From assembly GCA_000165425.1 (NCBI GenBank), contig CT868003.1, positions 124,001 through 188,000 of the forward strand: 64,000 bases of DNA. Reading direction: 5' to 3'. The translations under genes and the position numbers were made by a program. Positions 1 to 12,430 of this stretch are shown piece by piece. The stretch comes from Paramecium tetraurelia. Taxonomy: Eukaryota. Under the pieces are notes generated by a model. It saw only the letters and a program-made list of their open reading frames with translations, was not told the origin of the DNA and did not search any database. Every line of letters begins with the position of its first letter. The first letter of the stretch is position 1.

Positions 1-1335
1 AGAAGAAGATTTATAAGCATTACTACTAGGGATTGTGAGTGCTTTGAGTTTTCTCTAAGAGAAGGGGATTTCACATGGAGGTATTGATTCATGCTTATAA
101 TAAGATATTTGCACATAAGAAATATTTTTTGATTCAAATAGTTCTAGTTTTAAAGTTCTAGATTCCAATTTGATTAATGGAAGAGCATATGCAATTCAAG
201 AATTTATTAATGGTAAATTAAAGTATTTGGCACCAGAAATCATAATCCATCCTACCTAACCAATGTCAGAATATTAATTACATAAGAATGATATCTGGAG
301 TTTGGGCATGGTTATTTTAGAGGCAGGTACTTTAAAATCAAATGATACGCTATATAAAAATGGATTGCAACCAAAACTCATTTAAGATAGAATTAATGAA
401 ATTGGTACTATATATGGAAAGCAGTTTGCAGAAAATATAAAAATGATGTTAAATTTCAATCCAAATGAAAGATTGGATTCAGTTAATTTATTTAATTTCC
501 TTCTTGAATAATAACGTATAGCAAATGAATCTGAATAATAGATTTAATAATAATAATAATTATTATTATAATAATAGTAATAGTAATAATAACAATAGTT
601 ATTAATGAAACAATAATAAGTAATGTATTAATAATAATAATATTATTATGAATAAAAGATCTCTCATTAAAGTCCAGTTAATAGATAATAATAATAATAA
701 TCATAAAAGAATTTGTAATAAAATCAATATTTTTTTTAATAATAAAAGTAGTTATAATAACAATTCTAATTTAATTAAACGCAACAATCATCACCATATA
801 GGAACTAGATCTAAATCTAACCACATATTAGCAACTAATAGCAAAGAACAAATTGCCATCAATAATAGCCTTCCTAAGATTTCATGATGATACAACATGA
901 AAGAACTGTTTCAATTGAAAAAATGCCAAGTAGAATAATTAAAAAAATCATATATCCGGATTGTAAAGTCGGTTATTAAGACGGTTCCCATTCAGCCTCT
1001 CGTATGGGTATGAAATATTATGTTATGTTTTAGGACAAAATCAGTATTGGCAATCAAAACACACTCCATAAAAAACTCAGAAACAATCAAGCCCACTGCC
1101 GAGGTAACAAAGCTCCCCCTATTAATCGTAATTTATGTATCAGAAATATAATGTGATTGGCAACAAAGAAAATTAGGTTCCATTAAATACGAACGAATAG
1201 TTGAGATGGAAATAGGATATGGGGTAGTCGAAGTTGGTAGTTCAATAATATAATTAATAAAAACCTTCAATTAACGAGGAACCGATAAGGAGAGTAATAG
1301 TTTAATCATAAGCTTTAAGAGATAACTTTGTGTGA
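1..1335 (+). CDS. Kinase-like (probable pseudokinase) protein with poly-Gln C-terminal region, 5' partial
   Basis: Code-6 translation gives LSFLQEKGISHG|DICTQEI...KVLDSN...YLAPE...NDIWSLGMVILE...MLNFNPNER. 24-nt intron at 81-104, TAA/TAG poly-Q from ~530, TGA at 1333-1335. Internal intron pattern at ~1000-1150 is uncertain. Confidence 0.75.
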
Positions 1336-1362
1336 ATTTATTATATAAATTATTATTATAAG

Positions 1363-2273
1363 ATGTTGCCAAAATTACATCAAAGTTCCTCTGTCTAGGC
1401 AGTGAGAACATCTGAAGATTTCAGTTTAAATGAAGTCAAAAGAAGATAAAAATAATTAGAGTTGGAATCTTAGACAGTTGAGAATAGAATCAAATAAATA
1501 AGGAAAGAAAATGAGAAACTGTCAAAAAAAGTAGAGATGGCAGAACAATTGGCACTTGATGTGTATGCCTCACGACTTGCATAGAAGATGAAAGTAATTA
1601 TTTCAGGTGTAATAAGTAAAATAGAAAGAACAGAAGTAACATCAACTATCTATGACTGATCCAACTAAATATTAGTAAACCCAGTATGAGAGAATGCATC
1701 TCAAAAAGATGAAGTAAGAGGTAAAGGAGATGAAACATTCAGATGCTTAATTAATGAAAAATTCCATTAAATTCGAATTGATGAGAACAAATGAAGAGCA
1801 AATTAAAATGGCCTAAAATCTGAGGTTGAGAGCAACTTTGAAGAAGGAGGAGGAAAAATTGTCATAAGCGATGATTCAAGAAAAGTTATATGAGAAATAG
1901 CAAAAGGTGAGGTTGGAGTAGGAGAGGGAGAGATAAAAGATAATAATGGAAAATGAAAAACAGGAGTATTCAATTAAACAATTAGAAGCGTAGGAGTTGA
2001 AGTTGGTTGAAAAACTATAAGCAACGTAATAAAGAGAGTTGGCTGTTAAGGAGAAGTTGATGGCAGCTACGAGATTGGCTCCTGAGGATTTTGATAGGAC
2101 GTATTTAGGGGGGCAATCTATTATTTGTGATCCAGAAAAACAAGTAAAAATGCATATTAAGTAAATAAGGAATAAAAATAAGAAGAGTAAAAAGAATAGT
2201 AGGAATAATAGGAGGGCGGTTAATAAGGAGAAGGAGGATAGTCAGGAGAAGGAGGTTAAGGGACATAAACTGA
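1363..2273 (+). CDS. Uncharacterised coiled-coil (E/K/Q-rich) protein
   Basis: MLPKLHQSSSV...VENRIKQIRKENEKLSKKVEMAEQLA...; long heptad-rich frame ending at TGA 2271-2273. Confidence 0.7.
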
Positions 2274-2352
2274 ATGAATTGATTTATAACGAAGAAAATC
2301 AGTATATATATTTGCATGAGTAATTTTCTTAATTCAAAATAATATTAATAAT

Positions 2353-4917
2353 ATGGATAGATCAACTCATTCAAATGCTGCTAGACCTGCTAGTGGCAAC
2401 AAGGATAAAAATGACTTAGGGAAGAAGGAGCATGTGATAGCCTAGTTAGAACAGATTGTAATGGAACGTCTGAAAAGTACAATCAAGGATATTGAGGTAA
2501 CTGATATTTGATATTTAAATCAGGTCGAATAAGAGAGATAGATGAAGCAAAAACAAGATCAAGGAAAAAACGATTAAGTTGCTGTGGCCTTATGGTCGAA
2601 AATTAAGGGATGGGCAACTGAGTAACCATTTAGTAACTGATTTAATTTAAATTTTTATAGAAAGAATAGCAAATCAAATCACAGATAATCAAAAAATACC
2701 ACAAGAAGCCAGATAGCGATTCGCCAAACCATTTATGGATTAATAAAAATTGATTATGAATATAGAATAAGACAAGTCAAAAGTTAAAATTAAATTAAAC
2801 GAACACTACTAAGCTTTGGCCAAGTCTACACAAGACAATCTTAATTCTGTTACAGCTAGTCTAGGGAGATTGGCATAAGCAGGTTGTTGTGGAAAAGGAG
2901 AAGCCTTGAGAAGTTTTGAAACTGAATTTAGAAAAATAGAGTTGGACTTTATTTAATGGTCATCATTGCCAAATTTAGAAAACAACAATGTTGATATTTT
3001 CGTAGTTAAGACAAATCTGAATTATGAAGATTTTAGATAATTCCTCATTAAATCTTTAAATGATTACTTTCCAAGTGCAGCAGGAGAAACTAAAATTATT
3101 GAAAAACCTGTTGATAAGATTGTCTATGTGGATAAACCAGTTGATAAAATTGTCTATGTCGATAAACCAGTTGAAAAAATTATATATGTGGATAAACCTG
3201 TTGAGAAGAAGGTCATTGAATATGTTGAGAAGGTTAAAGAAGTCCCTGTTTATAGGGATCAACCTGTTTAAGACGACAGATTGAGAATTGCACACGAGAT
3301 GCTCTATGGAATTGGAAGGCCTTAAAATGTCACTGAAGCCTTAAACTTGTACTATGAATTAGCAGAAGTGAACTAAGATGTCAATGCCTTCAATATTATA
3401 GCCTAAGTATTTTCTGAAGGCAAGATCTTTCCCAAAGATTTGAACAAAGCATATACTTATTGGGAGAGGAGTGCTGCATAACAAAATGCGGAAGGTCTCT
3501 ATAGAATAGGTCGTTTGTTATTGGATTAAGTAATTGACGGATAGCTGTTGTCCCAAGGGAAACTATAGTCAAGAGATGAATAGAAATAAGAAGCTGTTGT
3601 ATTCTTTTAATAGGCCAGTGAACAAGGTCATCTGGATGCTCTAGTAGACTTGGGAGAGATCTTTGAGCATGGACTCAAAAGCGAGGATGGTGAATCATGT
3701 ATATTATTAATCTCATAAATATAGATATACAAGAACCTAATTTGGAATCAGCTGAGTTCTATTATACTTAAGGAAAGAAGGTCAGGTATCCCAGAGCCAT
3801 CAATGCGATGGGACTCTTCTATTATAGTCATACAGACTTCTAGGAGAAGGTCGTAGGAAATAACTATCGCAAAGCTCTCAAATATTTCGAAATAGCCAAA
3901 GATCTTGGTTATGCTAATTCACTCTATTGGCTGGCACAATGTTATGAATATGGATATGGAGTAGGAGTTAATTTGGAGCAGGCTAAAAGTTACTATAAGG
4001 AAGGAGCTTTGAAGGGGGATGTTGCATGTAGACTCCAATACATGCACTTTGTGATGAAAGATTGTAGCAATTCAGGAAGATAGGAGGATTATTTGTTTGC
4101 ACATCAATATTTGATTCAAATCATGATCTAAAACCCAGAAATTACAGAAGTCTATTTCTATCTAGGACATCTCTATGAGTGCGGGTTTGGAGTATAAAAG
4201 GATCCACAAAATGCTATTCATTATTATTTTAAAGGAGCAAAACTAAAGAACCCTACTTGCATGACCAAATTAGGAGATTGTTATCATAGTGGATTCGGTG
4301 TTCCTTAAAACTAGAGAGAAGCTCTTAAATTCTATAAGGAGGCTGCTGAATTGAAGGATTCAGAAGCATTAATTAATATGGGTCTAATCTATGAATAGGG
4401 ATATGAAGGAGTGAGCATAGATTTCGCCAAGGCTTTCAATGCTTATGAAGAGTCCTCCAAATTGGGTAATTCAAAAGCCGATTTTCATTTGGGTCTAATG
4501 TATGAGGCTGGGAAATATGTTAAAAAGGATGTCAATTATGCCATACAAAGATATTAGAAATCTGCTCAAATGGGATGCCAAGAGGCCAGAGACCTACTCA
4601 AAAAAAAATAGATTCCCATGTTGTATGATGATTCAGTTGGTGGAAGTACCCATCAAGAGCTCGGTATAAAATTCATATCTAGTTTAGGCATTCATGCTGC
4701 CAATAGAGATGCCATCATGCTCAATTAAGTTATTCCCTAGATTCAAAACCCTTTAGTTATTAATTAAGGTAAAAAAACTAATTAATCCATCATTGCTTAC
4801 AAATCTCAGCATCAGGAAATGGGAGAAGGAAAAATGGTCAGTATTTTAGCTCATCCAAATGCAACTCAATCTAATTACGCTTAAAGCCAATATTAGAAAC
4901 CAGGATTTTAGCATTGA
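2353..4917 (+). CDS. Sel1-like repeat protein with a KPVDKIVYVD repeat insert
   Basis: Multiple Sel1 motifs, e.g. LGHLYECGFGVQKDPQNAIHYY, LGDCYHSGFGVPQNQREALKFY, LGLMYEAGKYVKKDVNYAIQRY; several short introns; TGA 4915-4917. Confidence 0.85.
3104..3208 (+). repeat. Coding 30-nt tandem repeat, about 3.5 copies (KPV[D/E]KI[V/I]YVD)
   Basis: Units resembling AAACCTGTTGATAAGATTGTCTATGTGGAT begin at 3104, 3134, 3164 and 3194. Confidence 0.9.
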
Positions 4918-5130
4918 AATCAAAGCAAATGATAATTTTATATTATAATTAGATTCACAATATTATGTTCTCCCTCTCAATAGATTACCATTCTATTCAT
5001 CGTAAACTCCATTCAAAAGCAAACATATAACTTAGTAATTTAAATAAATTCTCTTTATTCTAAACAAATATATATTTCAAATGTTTCAAATTATTGAATG
5101 AATCATAATTAGATAAATTTAAAACTTATA

Positions 5131-5818
5131 ATGTAGGAATTAGAAGAGTTCTTAGAAAAATAAAAGGATTTAAATATCAATATGCTGACAGACATACTGC
5201 AAACCTAAAGTCTCATCCAACATAATTTGTCTATTGGATTGGACTCTCTAAAAAAATGCATCGAAAATTTGCCTACTAAAATTGTCCCCAAACAGGGATT
5301 GTAATCCAGAATAACCATACATAGACAGAAGTATCAGGTTTATTCTACTTAGCCAACATCAATTTATTTTGAGCCAATTGAATCATAAGAATTTTATATC
5401 ATACTTGAATTTAGAAGAGGAGATCAAGGAAATCTATAGAGACAGGATGTTCAATCTGTCCGTTAGTTTGAGAGACATGAATGGGGATCTTATACAGGAT
5501 GAAGACTGTCCTATTTTCTTGAGAATGTAAAATTACCTTACAACTCAGATACACATCGGAGAAATTTCCAAAGGAAGTTGATTCAAATATAAGAGGGAAA
5601 CCAATATTTAAAGGATAAACTAAAATACTATTTAGAGGAAAAGGTGAATTTTAAAGAATCTCCATCACTGAAGTTTTTCCATCATATAAATATTATATTA
5701 GGTTTCCTCTCATTTCCCTTCAGGAAAATTTCTTTTAGTGATATTTTCGGAGAAATCTTACATCAAACCCTACATAATTGATAATTTAATTGTTAAAGCG
5801 AAAAAATTGCTCAAATGA
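5131..5818 (+). CDS. Uncharacterised protein, 3 introns
   Basis: MQELEEFLEKQKDL...IYTSEKFPKEVDSNIRGKPIFKG...ISITE|VSSHFPSGKFLLVI...IKPYIIDNLIVKAKKLLK*; the frame is restored by three GT..AG introns. Confidence 0.7.
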
Positions 5819-6748
5819 ATTATTATAATTTCATATAAAAATATAATCCGAAGTTGTTTTATTTATGTTAAAAAATATTTCTCTTAATAAAAATTCTTAT
5901 AATAAATTGTAATAACAAAATTAAATAATTCAAATTTAATTAAAATAAATTAAGTAAATAATATTTATAGAAATGTCAATTTGAGGAACTTAACTTTAGA
6001 ACCAATAAGATTAGCAATGCATTTTTATAATAATATTCGTTAGTTGAGCTTAGGGAAATAAGCATTTTAAAACCAATATTTCTAATTGTAAATCAACTTA
6101 TATATTGATATATGTATTTATAATAAATATAATTATCCATTTAATTTTGAAACTTGAATAACTTATCAATATATTTATTTTAAAAAGTAATAAAGTTTTT
6201 GTATTAAATCTCTTATTATTAAAGTTCTCAATAATCTAATTAATAGCATAATTGTACATAGCAATAAATTTAACACAAGTTCTGATATGTATGGATGATG
6301 CTATATAAAAAGTTTTTCTAATAAATTATCCTCCATCAAAAATGATCTAAGTAACAATTTTAGTAAGAACCCTTACTTATATAAAACTAAAAGCACTTGC
6401 AGCGAAGAAAAGAATAATGCTAATGCTCTTTTAATATTACATAAAAAAAATTATGTTATTGGTATTCTTGCTTTGGGGCTTGACCTTTGAGAGATTTTAC
6501 ATTATTATTTCTACAAAAGGATTTGTTATCAAAGAGGATATTGATTCAGTTAAATACAGAATATAGAATATATTGGAAAAATTGATCATTATTCTTATAA
6601 ATTACAGCATTGCTCCCTAATTAGTAAAAAAATACTAGATGTATTCACTCATTTAGTATGGTGAACGAATGAATGTAAATAATAAAAATTGATTGAAAAT
6701 TTGTACTTTAAATAATAGTATTTTATTTTATATAAAATTGGTTAAACA

Positions 6749-7681
6749 ATGAAATCGAAAAAGAGAGAAAAATCATTAGTTAAGGAGCTTGATGCTATTA
6801 GATCATTAAAAAATGAGAGCATTGATTTGAGAGAGTTGGAAGATAAAATGGTTAAGTTAATCGAAAAAGCAGCTCAATTTTATCAGGATTAATTGGATAA
6901 TAATATGGCCTAATTTTATTTTGAATATGGGAGCATTTTAGTTTAAATATTGGAGTAATCCCAAGATTCCGTTGAAAATTCATTGAATTGTGTGGAGATA
7001 TCAAGAAATGACAGGGAATTGAAAAATACATAATTGGCTTTTGAGAATCTGGAAGCAGCAAAAACAATCATACGAAACAGGTTGGATAAGCAAAATATAG
7101 AGATGTATAAATTATAAGACTAATTGCAATGTAATAGTATTTAGATATTAATAGAGATTAGATCGAAGATCAATGAAACAGAATTGGAAATGAGTTTGAT
7201 TTTGATTAGAATAGGAGACCTCTAGACTTGGAGAGAAGATTATAAGGATGGATTATTAAATTTTAATGCGGCATTAGACATATTGAAAAACTCATATAAT
7301 TACAAAGAACTTAGTGCAGTACATTTTAAAATAGGAAATGCTATACTTTTATAAAATGAAAATGGGTGTGAAAAATTGAGTTTGAATCATTTGGAACAGT
7401 CCTTTCGTTATTGTTATTAGTAAATCTACAATAGAGAATGCGATCTGGATTTGAAGGAAAAGAATTTATCAAAGGTTGTTCTTGATAATGATTTATTGAA
7501 AATGCTACTGGAGAAAATGGAGGACACCTATATTTAGTTAAATGAAGTGAATGCTTGTTAGAAGGAGATAGAGAAATGGAAGAGTTCAGAACCAATTTTA
7601 TAACAGGAGATATAATACTTAGGAAAAATTAGTAGATAATCAAACGCAATAAATGGTATTCAAATAAAAAGAAAAATTTGA
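6749..7681 (+). CDS. NASP/Hif1/N1-N2 (SHNi-TPR) histone chaperone-like protein
   Basis: FYFEYGSIL...QLAFENLEAAK...LIRIGDLQTWREDYKDGLLNFNAALDI...VHFKIGNA; basic C-terminus IKRKI*. Confidence 0.7.
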
Positions 7682-7730
7682 ACTTTATTAATTATTATTT
7701 TCTGCTTTTCATTATTAATTATTAAATCTA

Positions 7731-8480
7731 ATGAATATAAATGGGCTTGAAAAAATTTGTAATTAAGCTACAAATTTTTGGAAATAATAATTCATTTCAT
7801 CATCTAAATAAGATTAAGACGTTTCAACCAATGTTGGGTCGAATATCTTAGAAGAATAATCTATTTTTGAGATATCTGCTAAAAAAACTGAATAATATCT
7901 CTTCCCTGATATAGAAAGATATCACTTAAATATCGAAAAATGTGAGCCACAATTTCCTTAAAGTGTGATCTAACAGCCTCAATAATTAGAATTGGAAGAC
8001 AATTATGAAGCCAGTTGTTCGCAATGCTCTGATTGTTAGAGCAAACGAAGAGATAAAAAAAAATCAAAATCAAGATCTTGCAAATCAAGTATTCATCTTA
8101 AATATATTTTTAAGCAAAATAGAGGTTTACCATATCCCAAGAAGCATTCATTATGGAATAAACAAGAAAGGGAACTAGCTTCACAGATATTGCTTAATAA
8201 ATTCCAGGTTCAACTGTGAATTAAGTCAAACATCATCTCCTGAAAAAACTTAAAATTTGTAATAAAAATACTGATCTTCAAGGAGACAATATTACTGAAA
8301 TTATCTTAAAAATTTAATAATTATAACAGTAATCAATTTTAATATTTTAGAAATGAGAATATAGATAATGCTGTTAAAATTAAAGAACTTAAAGAACATA
8401 TATCTTTAGTAGAAAATCATTTGCATCAAACTAAGCAAATCATTCTTTAAAAATATATGGTATTATTTCAATAATAATGA
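7731..8480 (+). CDS. Single Myb/HTH-like domain protein
   Basis: RFTISQEAFIMEQTRKGTSFTDIAQQIPGSTVNQVKHHL follows a 26-nt intron; C-terminal coiled coil; TGA 8478-8480. Confidence 0.55.
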
Positions 8481-8712
8481 CAATGAGTAGATATCTTTTA
8501 TATTTAATTGTTTAAATAGAATCACACGATTATTTATAATATTCTAATATTTCTTAATTTTCAATTTCTAAGAATGGAAGTTATTTGATCCTTACAAAAA
8601 AGAAAATTAAATGGAAAATGGAATCTCCTTATACAAAAAAAGATTACAAAAAAAACAGGGGTTTGATAATTATCTTTATGATGCTATTTATTTATAAATA
8701 GTGAAATAAAAT

Positions 8713-11700
8713 TCAGAAGAATTCTAAATAAACTCTTTTGGTGAAATCATTAGTTCTAAGTTTTGAGAAAAAATCCTTTATTTCGTTTTCGTTGGTGAAA
8801 AATCTACTTTCTGATGAGACTTAGGCTAACTATTTGAGATAAAGCATATTCATATTTTAGTTGGCAATATTGAAAACTAGTAAGTGAATATTCTTTTTTT
8901 CGATTAAGCTCTTCAATCTATCAATTGACATTTGATTATAATTATGAACTCCTTCGCTAAATATACAAACATATCTAATCGTATGTTCATCTTTTTCTTC
9001 ATCAATATTATCAATATCAATTTTATATTAATTCTATTAAAGATTATCTTCAATTCTTACCATGTTTTCATTCAAACTAACATTATCAAACTGCTATTCT
9101 TCATATTACTTCATTGCTTAACTGAATCCTCCTGAAAAGGTCTTGCCTACCCTTGGAGAACTAGTCTTGCATCTAAATTCCATATCAGAACATCGGAACT
9201 CCTCCTATTCTATTTGTTATTTAATCTAATTAGATTTCAAATGTAATGATAATTGTTTGCTTTATTCAGGCTTGTCTTTCTCAAATAGAGATGCTATAGT
9301 GATTTCCAAAGCTGAGAAGATGTTACCCTCGCCTCCTGGTTTTATCAATACCTTTTCTATAGTAGATTCTAACAGTTTTTTGTATGTTCCTTTCAATTAT
9401 AAAGGGAATATCTCATGCAAGGATTCATTGAATGCATATAATCCAACAAATGAGTCATCATTTAATGACTAGACAACATTCTGACACATATGATGTGACA
9501 ATGTAAATTGTTCATTCGTCATTTCAGAAGAGTAATCAAGTAGAAAGATTAATTCAAGTCGTTTCAATTAGTTTTATTGTGAAAATTTGATCAAGCAATT
9601 ATGATCCACATTGCATCTTTTAAATATTTTAGTTAAAGTCTTCAATACGAATTTCTAGAATCCAGGATCATAGTGGCCTTCAGCTTTTAGAATTGAAATA
9701 AATTTATAGCAAGCTTCAACATACTCTCCTCTAATCATTAATAATGATGCCTAATTCACATATGTATATTACTTCTAAGCCGGTGAGTTTTTCCCTTAAG
9801 ATTTCTAGAGGAATTTCTCGAAAAATGTCAACAAAATCACTAATTTCAAGTTGCTGAATTTCAGTTTTATTGGCTTATAAAATTTTTAGTCTCGCTTCAG
9901 CGTCTTCCAATTCCAACCTTGCTTTTTCTAGCATTCCAGCTCTGGCAAAGCAGAATGCTTTTTTGGTTATAATGTTTATTTTCATATATTAAATTGAAAA
10001 TGAATCAGGTAGATTCTATAGATCATCCATGATATCATTAAACTATTTAACACTTTCATTTAGAAATGTTGATTGTGACTTTGTCATACTATAATTGTAG
10101 AGGATGCAAGCTAATTAGTACTTTCGAAAAACAATTTTGTGTTCGATAATAACTTACTTTTTGGAGTATTCTTCATTACTGTTGATTTTGGAGATTGGAC
10201 TAAGTTTCTTTGGAGTTCCCAAATTGTCTAATCGTTCACTTGGTAAATCGGAATTTTCTTCTCTAATCGCATTTTTTTCTTCTTATATAGGTTTTCTTAA
10301 CCAATTTGATGTTTATCTTGGTGTTTATTGACGCTATAGATGTGCTTCAGATTCAATAGAACTCTTTAATTAAGTAGTTTCATTTTAAGTTTTGAATTTT
10401 TAAGTAGTTGGTCTTCTGACAATTCCATTCTAAGAATTTTATATTACTTTGGTTTTGCTTTCCAAATCTTTAATCACTTCTTTCATGACCTTCTCCTCTT
10501 GCCTTTGAAATTTCTATAAAACATTATTTTTCAATCTGAGATATAATTTAATTAGTTATTAATCATCTTAAGGCTAAGCTGCTTGATTTGCATATTATTC
10601 CATTTCTTTTAGACTTTAAAGATCTTGATTAGCTATTAGAACTGATTCCTCCTGTTCATTCATGGCTTCGAGGTATCTTTGATTTCTCATATGGATTTTA
10701 GCAATATTATTGGCACAAATACCAACAGCAGGGTTATTATAGTATTTTTTATAGAATCTCTTAGACATACTTAAGATGATTAAGGCTTCAGCTTCATCCA
10801 TATCTTTAGATCCCTGTAAGAGTTTATTATTTGAATATTTAATGCTATTCAAATAATTGATTATGACTTCATAGAATTTCCTTATTTCCTTGTTGTTAAA
10901 GAGATCCTTATAACTCTCTAAATTAAAATCTTGGACTTCGAGATACTTCATATCAACCTTCGTCAATTTAATCAATTAATTAATAGGAACTTCTAGAGAA
11001 AGTGCGATCACTACACCTTTCCTCCAGAAATAAAATATTAATACTACATGTAAGGCACAAGCAATAATAATTTCATTAATTAAGACAGTTGTTGCCTGAT
11101 CGTTTTGACCAGCCAGTTGTAGGTAATATTGCAAAGACATGGATTACAAGTAGATCATAGAGCATTTCGTAATTATTTCTTTGGTTAAAGTAATGTTAGG
11201 GTAGTTGGGATGGGCAAAATAATAGGTTGAGAAAAATACAACTCTTTGTTCTCCCATTCCATCATATAGCATTCTCCATTGTCTGAATTCTATTGGGACT
11301 GTAACCAATGTGTAGAGTTAATCAGTGAAATCACTGGTTTGATTTGGCCAAATTTGTAAGGCATCTTCTAAAGTGCTATTGAGAAGTTGTCCATCAGAAA
11401 TGATATTAATATTTCCATTTGTTAAAAATGAATTAATTACTGGTCTGCTTGAATTAATAATTGCAAGTTCTCTTTTCTTTTAAGCATGCAACTTGCATTC
11501 ATAACCCTCTTTTCCAGCTCTCATTCTCCAAACATCATTCTTTAAATCTAACTTAGGAAAAGCTATCTGTGTGGAATACTAAGTAATATAATCATAGCAA
11601 TCATCATACGCCTTACAATTGGATATAGAAGTATCATACCAATTGTTAGAAGAATTAGCATCTTCACCTTAAAACGATATGCCTAATCCATTTTGACATA

Positions 11701-12164
11701 AGAAGTGGAAATGATCAAAGGCATTATTTTGGACATAAATCAGTATCAATTTTGACAAGGGTGAATAATACTTTAAAAGTTCATACTATGCAGGATAGTT
11801 TCTCTCCAGTATTTACAAACTAGTAACATTACTAAAATGCCAATCGATTTTAAGCAAGCTCTGATCATCATCTGATTCTTAATAATCTTCGATGTAATAT
11901 ATAATATTTGAGATTGCATAGAGTGAATTGATATTAGGTCTATTGGATCTTCCATAGTAATATCTGGCGAATCTTATTTTGCTCTAATCTAAAATGATTG
12001 ACTAATACCAAAGAAGTCTCATTATAAATTCCCTAAGAGAGTTTCTCGCTCTCAACTCTATATTCTTCATCAAAATATTCACCTAATAACAAAACCAGAC
12101 TAAACAGAAAATAGTAGAGTGATAAAAACACAATCATTAAGATAAGCTTAATTCTCAACTTCAT
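8713..12164 (-). CDS. Receptor-like membrane protein: TM / extracellular domain / TM / HAMP-like / TPR / vWA
   Basis: TM1 LILMIVFLSLYYFLFSLVLLL; TM2 IIIACALHVVLIFYFW; EVPINQLIKL...EIRKFY linker; TPR GICANNIAKIHMRNQRYLEA; vWA ELIFLLDYSSEM...VGLYAFNE...PGGEGNIFSAL; ends RVYLEFF*. Confidence 0.75.
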
Positions 12165-12430
12165 TAAATTAAATATATTAAAATTAAGAATAAAATATCT
12201 CAAAGTTCTTATTATTTTTACTTCCTAAAATTTTGATTTTTAGATTTGATATCGACTTATTAGATGAATGATCCAAATTCTTTGATAAGAATTTTCTATT
12301 CTCCAAAGGAATTTCCAATTGATATTCTTACAAACCCTCTGTGTTATTATGAGAATTATTTATGATAATTAGAGAGACTCTTTAAATAAAAAAAGATCCT
12401 ATTTAAAATATATAGATTATTATAAATTGA

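Noticed and set aside
530..800. (TAA)n microsatellite-like tracts, also at ~31820-31850 and ~58930-58950
   Set aside because: These are coding poly-Gln runs, not non-coding repeats.
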